DNA from: a virus
Lineage: Duplodnaviria > Caudoviricetes
Strand: one strand, 5' to 3'
Virus record (IMG/VR): IMGVR_UViG_3300010362_000049
Location: 1-40,312 of that record
Length of the DNA stretch: 40,312 bases
The position numbers and the translations under genes were made by a program. Shown here in pieces: positions 28,300 through 35,768 of this stretch. The notes beneath the pieces were generated by a model that worked only from the letters and a program-made list of their open reading frames with translations, searched no databases and was not told the origin of the DNA. Numbering within the stretch: the first letter of the stretch is position 1; every line of letters begins with the position of its first letter.

Positions 28300-28830
28300 G
28301 GCGCTGCGGTGCGGTGAGCGGTGCGATCGGCGGGTGCCGCGGGTGCGGTGCGAGCGGTGCGATCGGGTGCGGCGCCGCGGTGCGGCGGGCTTCGCCAGAG
28401 GCCCGCGGCGGGCGCCAGAGGCCCGCGGGTGCGGCGGGCCCGCCTGAGGCCCGCCAGAGCCCGCCGCTCGTGCAGGCCGGCCACGTCGACACCGATCGAG
28501 AGCCCGCGGCGGGCGCCAGAGGCCCGCGGGTGCGGCGGGCCCGCCTGAGGCCCGCCAGAGCCCGCCAGAGCCCGCGGCGGGCGCCAAAGGCCCGCGGGTG
28601 CGGCGGGCCCGCCTGAGGCCCGCCCAGAGCCCGCCAGAGGCCCGCGGCGGGCGCCAGAGGCCCGCGGGTGCGGCGGGCCCGCCTGAGGCCCGCCAGAGCC
28701 CGCCAGAGCCCGCCAGAGGCCCGCGGCGGGCGCCAGAGGCCGCGGGTGCGGCGGGCCCGCCTGAGGCCCGCCCAGAGCCCGCCCAGAGCCCGCGGCGGGT
28801 GCGGGCGATCGGGTGTCGGGTGCGGGTGCA
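28300..28830. repeat. Very GC-rich tandem repeat region, five ~60-80 bp copies
   Basis: Core gcccgcggcgggcgccagaggcccgcgggtgcggcgggcccgcctgaggcccgccagag starts near 28401, 28502, 28570, 28640, 28719. Confidence 0.9.
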
Positions 28831-28863
28831 AAAAAAAAGGCGCCCGCGGGTGCGGGCGCCTTT
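28830..28863 (-). terminator. Rho-independent terminator
   Basis: aaaggcgcccgc-gggt-gcgggcgccttt stem-loop with a 9-nt U run on the - strand, just after 28884..29324. Confidence 0.85.
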
Positions 28864-28883
28864 GAGCGATCGGCGGGTGCGGG

Positions 28884-29324
28884 TTAGCGGCGGGCTTTCT
28901 TCGCGGGCGCCGCGGCGGGTGCGGGTGCGGGTGCGGGCGCCGCGGCGGGCTTGCGGCCTCGCTTCGCAAGCTGATCGTTTTCCGCTTTCAGCGCAGCGAT
29001 TTGCGCTTGCAGATCAGCCGACGAAACGGCGGGCGCCGCGGCGGGCTTGCGGCCTCGCTTCGCGGGTGCGGGTGCGGGCGCCGCGATCGCGATCGCGTTG
29101 CGCGGAAACCCGACCGCGGCGCCGCTATGCGCTGCTGTCGGTGTGACCGAACGGCGCCGCGGTGCGGGTGCGGGCGCCGCGGCCGCGGCCGCGGTGCGAG
29201 CGGCGATCGCCGCATCGCAGAGCGTATCAACGAAACCCCGTGCGGTTTTCCGATCGCCGATCGCGATCGCTTGCCTGAGTAAACCCCACGTCGGATCGGC
29301 GGGTGCCTTCGGTGTGCCTGGCAT
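28884..29324 (-). CDS. Ala/Pro/Lys-rich basic protein (histone-like)
   Basis: AKRGRKPAAAP twice, short coiled coil, has its own terminator. Confidence 0.6.
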   Translation of the reverse strand: MPGTPKAPADPTWGLLRQAIAIGDRKTARGFVDTLCDAAIAARTAAAAAAPAPAPRRRSVTPTAAHSGAAVGFPRNAIAIAAPAPAPAKRGRKPAAAPAVSSADLQAQIAALKAENDQLAKRGRKPAAAPAPAPAPAAAPAKKARR

Positions 29325-29397
29325 CGGAAACTTTTCCGGGTTTAAGCGGCGCTCGCGCGCTCGCCGCTCGATTCAAACTGACTGAAGCGACCATCGT

Positions 29398-29643
29398 TCA
29401 TTGGCTGATCCTTTCCATCGGGATTTCGATCGCGAACTCACACGCCATGCAGAACGCGACCGTGCAAGTCACGTCGTCCGCGCGGCGCGCGTTGGTGTCG
29501 AGTAACACGAGCCCGCCGCACCAAGGACAGGCCGCGCGCTGATGCGGCGCGCAGGCCTGGCATGGGACGCGCGAGGCGAGACGAATCGCCGCGGTCGCAC
29601 CCGGGCACCAACCGCAGCGTATGAGGCGATTACCTTGCGTCAC
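29398..29643 (-). CDS. Small multi-CxxC protein
   Basis: CGWC, CQAC, CPWC, CMAC; GTG start inferred. Confidence 0.55.
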   Translation of the reverse strand: MTQGNRLIRCGWCPGATAAIRLASRVPCQACAPHQRAACPWCGGLVLLDTNARRADDVTCTVAFCMACEFAIEIPMERISQ

Positions 29644-29995
29644 TGGCGTTGCGCTCCATCCGTTCGAGGCACGTCGAGCACGAGCAGTGCGGATCGTCGG
29701 CCGCGTGCCACTCGGCCCACGCCGCGATGATGAAGTCACGAATGCGATCGGTTGCTGCGGTGTCACTAAGTGGCCGGAGCAGCGCGAAGGATCGGCGCTC
29801 GCCGTTTACTTGATACTGCCGCGCGGGAAACGTCACGTTGAGCCCGCCACCGGTGCGCCGCTCCCAGAGCCCGAAGCCGATTAGCTTGAGCCCGTCGAGC
29901 AGCTCACCGTCACCACTGAAATGCAATTCCGCGTCAGCCACCTTACCCGCCGGCGAACCTTTCTCGTTTGTCACGAACTTCACTGAGATACGCAT
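29630..29995 (-). CDS. SpoVG-like nucleic-acid-binding protein
   Basis: ADAELHF...GLKLIGF.LW.....LNVTFPAR; AGGAG RBS. Confidence 0.65.
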   Translation of the reverse strand: MRISVKFVTNEKGSPAGKVADAELHFSGDGELLDGLKLIGFGLWERRTGGGLNVTFPARQYQVNGERRSFALLRPLSDTAATDRIRDFIIAAWAEWHAADDPHCSCSTCLERMERNASDAR

Positions 29996-30112
29996 CGATC
30001 GCTCCTAAGCAAAATCGCCGCGGCAGAATGCGCGCGGCGAGCATTAAGTATAGCCTAGCGAGCGGTGCGATAAAAGCGAAGAATTAGAGCGGTAAGAATT
30101 GGCTGGAATGAA

Positions 30113-30748
30113 TCAGAGCGGTAAGGCATGCGAGCGCGCGATGTCGGCCGGCGGGTGTGCGGCGGGCGCCGCGGGTGCGAGCGGTGCGAGCCCTAAGGCG
30201 TAGTAGGAGACGTCCTCTAAGTCGAGCACGCTCGCGTGCCGGATGTCGGCATAGTGCCACGTGTCACGCAGCACTAAGTCATCGACATAGGCGGCGAGGC
30301 GCTGCGACTGCGCGATCGGCCAGTGCCGCGGGACGCCGAAGTGCGCGAGCACCGCATCGGTGAGCACGCCCCAGCTCACCGTGCCGCGAGTCACGAAGAC
30401 CGCGGTCGGCTGCCGCAGGCGAGCCAGGACCTCGAGGTACGCTTCCCACGGCTCACCATAGGGATCGATGTCGATCACATTGAACTCATCGAGCGGCATC
30501 GCGCGGATCATGTCGACGGCACTCAGTTTCAGCGTGCCCACTCGCCGCGGCTTGATGTCGGATCGGATGCAGCGACTAATTGAAACGTGCGCCCGCATCG
30601 CGTCCCAAATCACGCCGGCGCCCGCACACGTGTCGAGCACGCGCACGTCGGTGATGTGCATCGCGTCGAGTAACCAGCAACGGAGCTCGACCTTGTGACG
30701 GAGCGATCGGTTATCGGTCTTCCGCTTGACGGGCTCGCGCCGACTCAT
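30113..30748 (-). CDS. SAM-dependent methyltransferase-like protein
   Basis: VLDTCAGAG (motif I) and VIDIDPYG (motif IV-like). Confidence 0.7.
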   Translation of the reverse strand: MSRREPVKRKTDNRSLRHKVELRCWLLDAMHITDVRVLDTCAGAGVIWDAMRAHVSISRCIRSDIKPRRVGTLKLSAVDMIRAMPLDEFNVIDIDPYGEPWEAYLEVLARLRQPTAVFVTRGTVSWGVLTDAVLAHFGVPRHWPIAQSQRLAAYVDDLVLRDTWHYADIRHASVLDLEDVSYYALGLAPLAPAAPAAHPPADIARSHALPL

Positions 30749-30999
30749 GGCCGAAAGAGATCCGGCGCGAATTCGCCGCTCCAGCCGACTAAGGTGATCA
30801 TGCCGTTCCATTCGACCGATTGAATCCGCACCGTCGGCCCGTCGGGTAAGTGCGCCCAGCGCAGGTCACGCCCGAGGAACGAGAGCGCGAGATCCTTGCG
30901 TTCCTGTTCGGGCGCCGTGAGCCATCGATGATGCGGACAGAGTGTCGAGCAGTGGGCATCGTTATAACGAAGGCCGCAGGCCTCGCACGTGTGGATCAT
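30745..30999 (-). CDS. Hypothetical protein with Cys/His cluster
   Basis: CEACG...CPH; coupled on both sides. Confidence 0.55.
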   Translation of the reverse strand: MIHTCEACGLRYNDAHCSTLCPHHRWLTAPEQERKDLALSFLGRDLRWAHLPDGPTVRIQSVEWNGMITLVGWSGEFAPDLFRP

Positions 31000-31625
31000 G
31001 TCGGGTCACCTCGCCCTTTGGAATTCACACCGCCCTTTTCGCGCACCGCGATGCTACTGAAGCTCGCCGCGGCCTGAATCGCTTCGACCGCCGCGGCATG
31101 CTTCGGCCATTCGCTGAGCGGCAGCGCGATGATCACCCACGCGACTTCGTACGGCTTGGCGACCTCGAGCCGCTTGCGCGTTTCGGTCAACTCTTTGGCG
31201 TCGAGCAGCGACGTGAGTTCTTTGTCGGTGAAAAACGGGACTAAGTTCAAGCCGGCCTGGTGGTCGGCCGCAATCTGGTCGGGCTTCCACTCGGCGAGTT
31301 CGGCGGTGCGATTGTCGTACATCGCGAGCAATCGCTTTTGATCGGGTGTGAGATTGCGGCGCCGCACCGCGACTAAGGTGTCCCCGTCGGCCTCGATCAC
31401 TTGCACTTTGGTGATGCCGGCCTCTGGTGCTTTCTCCGCCACGCCATTGCCTGCAATGATCACATCGTTTTCATCGATCACGATCGAGCGCGCGGCGCCG
31501 ACAGTTTGCAGCGACTCGACCAGCAGCGTTTGATTGCGTGTCGGGTGCAAGCGGCGGTTACTCGTGTCGGGTTTCAGCGCCGCGACGTCGATCAGCCGAT
31601 CGGGTCTGGGCTCAGACTTTGCCAT
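30996..31625 (-). CDS. ParB/Srx-like N-terminal domain protein
   Basis: L.P...N.R.H....L..SL...G..RSIVIDE...IIAGNG...DNRTAELAEW. Confidence 0.8.
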   Translation of the reverse strand: MAKSEPRPDRLIDVAALKPDTSNRRLHPTRNQTLLVESLQTVGAARSIVIDENDVIIAGNGVAEKAPEAGITKVQVIEADGDTLVAVRRRNLTPDQKRLLAMYDNRTAELAEWKPDQIAADHQAGLNLVPFFTDKELTSLLDAKELTETRKRLEVAKPYEVAWVIIALPLSEWPKHAAAVEAIQAAASFSSIAVREKGGVNSKGRGDPT

Positions 31626-32227
31626 GATGGGACCTCGACGTGATTACCGCGGCGCATGTTACAGCGGCGGTGCGCCGCGCGTAGATTCCAATCGGCATCA
31701 CTGCCGCCTTGCGTGAGCGGAACGACGTGATCCATTGAGCCCGACCATTGATGCGGCGGACTAAGTGTCGAATCGATCGCGTTACAGCATAGCCAGCAGA
31801 CCCACCCGTCGCGCTCGCAGATAAGACGCCAGCGACCTTTCTGCGGGCGCCACCCGCGGGCTAAGCGTTTCATCGTGGCGCGGTAACGATGCGCACGGCG
31901 CCGAAGCACTTTGATGTCGGGCGGGAGTTTATTCGGTCTAGGGTGATGATTGACTGCGCATTCTTTGCAGCAGTATTTCTGTCGGTTCATTCTAGGTGTG
32001 AAGATAACGCCGCACTGACAAGTGCGCGGAAAGAGAGTGCGGCAACAAGCGCGACAGCGCGCGGCGCGGGCGCACTTGAGCCCGCCACACCGACAGCGAT
32101 CGCGCTTTTCAACTTTGATGATTCGGCCGCGACTGTCGCGCGTCTGGCCTGCGTGAGTCGGCCGGCCGCGGCGGGTGCGCGCGCGCGTCGATACGCCGTC
32201 GAACAAAATCCCTTGTGCCGTTGTCAA
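31592..32227 (-). CDS. HNH endonuclease with N-terminal zinc fingers
   Basis: RDGWVCWLC...DHVVPLTQGG.D...NLRAAHRRCN. Confidence 0.85.
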   Translation of the reverse strand: MTTAQGILFDGVSTRARTRRGRPTHAGQTRDSRGRIIKVEKRDRCRCGGLKCARAARCRACCRTLFPRTCQCGVIFTPRMNRQKYCCKECAVNHHPRPNKLPPDIKVLRRRAHRYRATMKRLARGWRPQKGRWRLICERDGWVCWLCCNAIDSTLSPPHQWSGSMDHVVPLTQGGSDADWNLRAAHRRCNMRRGNHVEVPSWQSLSPDPIG

Positions 32228-32543
32228 CCCCCTACGCGAAAAACGCGGCTAAATTTTCAAAACTGCCGACCGGTTTAATTTCGGGCCAATTCTAGACGAT
32301 TTGAAGACGGGGTAGTTGGTACGGAATCGCTTTTTCGCGGTGCGCGGATTCGGCCGTTTGGAAGTGACGCGCGATCGCGCGCGACGGAAACCGAATCGCG
32401 ATCGGCAACGCAATCGAATCGCGGTGAGCGGTGCGATCGATCGTCGCGCCGAAAGTGGCGATCGGAAATGCCTGGAGCTCAGCGGTGCGAGCGCGGGCGC
32501 CGCGGTGTGCGGTGTGACCGAACAGGTCGGGCGCCGCGGCGCC

Positions 32544-32836
32544 GATTTGTGATCAATTTGTGATCGATTTGCTGAAAAGCGCGCGTCAGCACTAACACAC
32601 GATGAAAAGGAAATTGAAGAATTGCTAAGGAATTAGAAGCGCGCGTAAGCCTACGTAAGCACCAGCCTTCTAAAGTCAGGCTTAGAAGGCCGGTGCTCTA
32701 TCCAACTGAGCTACGGGCGCATATGTGGGCTAAGTGCGTGCTATGCCAAGCGTTTAGCGCCTTTGATCAATCGCGGCATTCGACTAAGTGCTAACGCCGT
32801 TTGGTGATTTGTGATCGATTTGTGATCGATTTGCTG
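32544..32836. other. attP: tRNA-derived core flanked by integrase arm-type repeats
   Basis: (g/a)atttgtgatc x2 plus gatttgctg at both 32544-32574 and 32806-32836; 16-bp inverted arms at 32658-32673 / 32682-32697. Confidence 0.85.
32679..32720 (-). tRNA. 5' half of tRNA-Arg(TCT) (attP identity segment, not a full tRNA)
   Basis: GCGCCCGTAGCTCAGTTGGATAGAGCACCGGCCTTCTAAGCC; acceptor 5' strand, D-arm and anticodon loop present, no T-arm. Confidence 0.88.
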
Positions 32837-34156
32837 CGTTTCGGCGCCCGCCGCGGGTGCATCGGGTGTCGGTTCGGGCGCCGCGGGTGCCTTGCGCCAC
32901 GCATCATACGCCTGTCGCGAGCGGCGAATGTTCGCGGCCTTCGCGTGCAAGTAGGTCGCCGTTTGCGCGATCGAAGAATGGCCGAGCAGATGACTAATCT
33001 CACCAAGATCGATCTGTCCGCTTTCCAGCCACCGGCACGCGGCCTCGTGCCTGATGTCGTGAATGTTCAAGTCGATGTCGGCGAGCGCCGCGCGCGAGCG
33101 CGCATCGAAGTCACCAGTCTCGGTCCAGGCCGGCTCGATGTTATTCGAGCGCAGCACCGCCGTCAGGAAGCTCTTATCGATCGATTTGATTTGATCGCCG
33201 TAGGGATCACCGAAGACGAAGGCCCGCCGCGGCAGTGGCTTGCCCGCGGGATCGGTGCGCCGCAATCCGACTAACAGGTCGTACATCGGTTCGAACATTT
33301 CGATCATGCGCCCGCCCGTCGTGTCCGCGGTTTTGCCCGCGCCAACTTCCTCGCCGCGCACGTAGATTTGCCGCTGCACTAAGTGGACGTCAGGCCAGCG
33401 CAGCGCCAGCAGCTCACCGATACGCATGGCGGTTTCCATCAGTCCGATCAGCACGAGCGGCAGCAATCGCTCGCGTGATTCCGTCGCGGCCTCAAGTAGA
33501 TTCGACCATTCGCGCTCGTCGATGCGGCGCCGGCGCTGCGCAAACTTTTTGCGGCCTAATCGTTTCACCAAGTCAGGCGGTGCGGTCGCAATCGGATCGG
33601 CCGGAATGTGACCGCTCCATTTCGCCCATCGACTGAATTGCCCGATCAGCGTCCGGTACTTGCCCCAGGTCGAATGCGCCAAGTCACCGAGCGCCGCGCG
33701 CACCGCGATCCAATCATCGATCGTCACCTTTGCCATGATGCGATCGCCGAAGCGGTGTTTCCCGATCGTCACGTTACGGAGCGTACCGAGCTTGTAGCGA
33801 TCCTCGGCTTTGCTGCGATCGGTTTTATCGGGTGTGACGGTCAGACTGAGTTCATCGTAGAGCGTCACTAACAGGTCGACGGTGAGCCCTTGCGGTTTGT
33901 CGGGTTCCGCGGGTGCCGGCGGTGCGTACCCTTTGGCCTTCTGATAGGTTTTGTTGCGGATGGCCTGACGGATTTTTTCCGCGACGTCTTCCGCTTCGGT
34001 TTTCGTGTTATGCCACGGATCGATCGCAAGCACGTCGATCGCGTACCGAGTCACGTTCGGGGCTTCGCCGCGGAAGTGCTTCATGTACCAGGCATGGTCG
34101 AAGCACTTCGGCCACCTGGCTTCGTCGCACCCGCAGCGTTTCGTCACAATGCTCAT
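32741..34156 (-). CDS. int: Tyrosine integrase
   Basis: TAMRIGELLALRW, K, HDIRH, LLGHS, Y catalytic residues. Confidence 0.95.
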   Translation of the reverse strand: MSIVTKRCGCDEARWPKCFDHAWYMKHFRGEAPNVTRYAIDVLAIDPWHNTKTEAEDVAEKIRQAIRNKTYQKAKGYAPPAPAEPDKPQGLTVDLLVTLYDELSLTVTPDKTDRSKAEDRYKLGTLRNVTIGKHRFGDRIMAKVTIDDWIAVRAALGDLAHSTWGKYRTLIGQFSRWAKWSGHIPADPIATAPPDLVKRLGRKKFAQRRRRIDEREWSNLLEAATESRERLLPLVLIGLMETAMRIGELLALRWPDVHLVQRQIYVRGEEVGAGKTADTTGGRMIEMFEPMYDLLVGLRRTDPAGKPLPRRAFVFGDPYGDQIKSIDKSFLTAVLRSNNIEPAWTETGDFDARSRAALADIDLNIHDIRHEAACRWLESGQIDLGEISHLLGHSSIAQTATYLHAKAANIRRSRQAYDAWRKAPAAPEPTPDAPAAGAETQQIDHKSITNHQTALALSRMPRLIKGAKRLA

Positions 34157-34163
34157 AAGCGAT

Positions 34164-34385
34164 TCATCCTTTGAAGAGTTTGAGCACCGTGACCAAGGTG
34201 CCGAAGATGGCCGTTTGCGCGATCAACGTCGTAATGATCGTTCGGTGTAGGTTGCTCTCTAACAGCGCGATCTGTTTGGTGATGTCCAGTTTGAACTCGG
34301 CCATGTCCGCGCGGAGATCGGAGCGAAGCCGGTCAAGGTCCGCTTTCGTCGCGTACTCGAATGGTGGCGGGGACTTCGGCATCAT
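34164..34385 (-). CDS. DUF1640-like coiled-coil protein with C-terminal TM helix
   Basis: ATKADL...DMAEFK.D motif plus hydrophobic tail. Confidence 0.7.
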   Translation of the reverse strand: MMPKSPPPFEYATKADLDRLRSDLRADMAEFKLDITKQIALLESNLHRTIITTLIAQTAIFGTLVTVLKLFKG

Positions 34386-34552
34386 AGGCTCGCCTCGATT
34401 CCTCTGGACTGAGCCCAGAGCACGATTGCCCGCTCCAACTGAGCGCGCAAGGGAAGGCCATCACGCCGCTTGATTTCATCGAGCAGCGCACGCACCTTCG
34501 GGGTTAGTTCGACAACGAGCAACTCACGTTTCGGCTTGCGATGTGTTTTCAT
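34382..34552 (-). CDS. Small RHH-like regulator (56 aa, not in ORF track)
   Basis: MKTHRKPKRELLVVELTPKVRALLDEIKRRDGLPLRAQLERAIVLW...; ATGA overlap with the next gene. Confidence 0.65.
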   Translation of the reverse strand: MKTHRKPKRELLVVELTPKVRALLDEIKRRDGLPLRAQLERAIVLWAQSRGIEASL

Positions 34553-34597
34553 GCGGGAAGCGTAGCATGAAAGATATAGCGGAGTAAAGCGTATGCT

Positions 34598-34882
34598 TTA
34601 TCGCCCAGATTTGCGCGGAAAAGGCCGCGGGCCGATCGCGGGTGCGGGCTCGCCTGGTGCGTCAGGATTGATCACCGTCGGGGTACTGAGACTAATCAGC
34701 CACGCATCGAGCCACGTATCGAGGATGCGGATTTGATACTTGGTGCCGAGGCGTGAGGCACGTAAGCGACCGTCGTGAATCGCGCGGTAAATCAACTGCG
34801 CGCTGCATTTCGCGCGGGCCGCGGCCTCTTTGACCGTGAGCCATTCCGTCGAGACGCGATCGGCGGGTGCGGCGATCGTCAC
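34598..34882 (-). CDS. xis: Excisionase-family HTH protein
   Basis: WLTVKEAA....S...IYRAI..G.L.A..LG....RI....LDAW; upstream of the integrase. Confidence 0.8.
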   Translation of the reverse strand: MTIAAPADRVSTEWLTVKEAAARAKCSAQLIYRAIHDGRLRASRLGTKYQIRILDTWLDAWLISLSTPTVINPDAPGEPAPAIGPRPFPRKSGR

Positions 34883-35181
34883 GATCGTTCGGCCTCGATG
34901 CGCGCGACCCAGGCCGCGATGTCGATCACCGTCACAAAGTCACCCTGCGGCAACCACGTCAGCCAGTCGGCTTTGAATCGCTGATGCAGTACGCGCGCCT
35001 TGTGCGGCGTCACGCCGGCCTCTAACAGCAGCGCGAGCGCCAACTGCGCAGGACCGCTGCCAGCATAGCCCCAGTTGAAACCGGTGGGACTATGGTTCCA
35101 GACCTCGAGAGAGCGATCGGGCAGCAGCTCGCGCCCGTCGACTAACACGCGCCTGGTGCGCCAGTCACCTTGAATCGTCAT
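34879..35181 (-). CDS. DUF6166-like protein
   Basis: NHSPTGFNWGYAGSGPAQLALALL; ATG at 35181 preceded by AGGA from the last array junction. Confidence 0.75.
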   Translation of the reverse strand: MTIQGDWRTRRVLVDGRELLPDRSLEVWNHSPTGFNWGYAGSGPAQLALALLLEAGVTPHKARVLHQRFKADWLTWLPQGDFVTVIDIAAWVARIEAERS

Positions 35182-35187
35182 GTATTT

Positions 35188-35768
35188 CCTGCCTTCCGCA
35201 CCGTGCCTTGTCGCCCGAGACTGGCCCAAAGCGGGGTGGCCCAGTCTTACCGCGACTCACGAGAACGGCCATGCCGCACGCCGTCATGCCTCAACATTCC
35301 ATTCATGTCACGTCAATCGCTACCGCATCGCGACGTGGCGGCCTTGTCTAACACGCCTTGCCCGAACGCGCCTGGATAGACGTGCCGTTACCCGCCGCAT
35401 CTTTGTCGGCCGTAACAAACCCGACCCCGCCCCGCCGGGTACGATCCCGCGCGACCGTGCCGAGCCGAATCGGCCGCGTCAGATCGCGCGCCTTGTCGCG
35501 TCGAACCGAGCCTGAGCGAGTCACGCCGGATCTCGCGAAGCCTCCGATGTCACGTCGGCCGCGTCGGAACTGAGTGAGGCTGATCCAATCTCGTCCCGTC
35601 ACACCTAGCCGGCCATACCCAATCTAACCGCGCCGCGCCCTTCGCATGCAGCCAGGCGCCGAGCTTCCGCGCCACTCGCGTCACCCATAACGGGCCTTGC
35701 CCGACCTGCCAAACCGGAACTGACCATATCCTGAGAAGCGTTCCGCCCGTCGCAACGCCCATGCCGAA
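35188..35768 (-). ncRNA. Periodic (GGY/GAY/GTY-NN)n guide-like array, about 8-9 segments (VIPR-like)
   Basis: Visible 5-nt period, e.g. GGC TA GGT GT GAC GG GAC GA GAT TG GAT CA; junctions GGC-C-G / GGC-A-G ending at + positions 35193, 35270, 35343, 35411, 35475, 35560, 35614, (35653), 35710; no credible ORF. Confidence 0.85.

Noticed and set aside
28188-28969. Long ORFs over the GC-rich repeats; also CRISPR-like reading of the repeats
   Set aside because: Open in several frames only because stops are absent at extreme GC; a terminator precedes the region; units lack unique spacers
32679-32720. Functional phage tRNA gene
   Set aside because: Stops in the anticodon stem, with no T-arm or acceptor 3' strand
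35180-35762. ORFs over the periodic array (35180..35515, 35348..35602, 35358..35573, 35550..35762)
   Set aside because: Low-complexity translations; the period is 5, not 3, so the region is better explained as non-coding
35188-35768. Canonical CRISPR array
   Set aside because: No identical 25-45 nt repeats with spacers; the constant elements are only 2-5 nt
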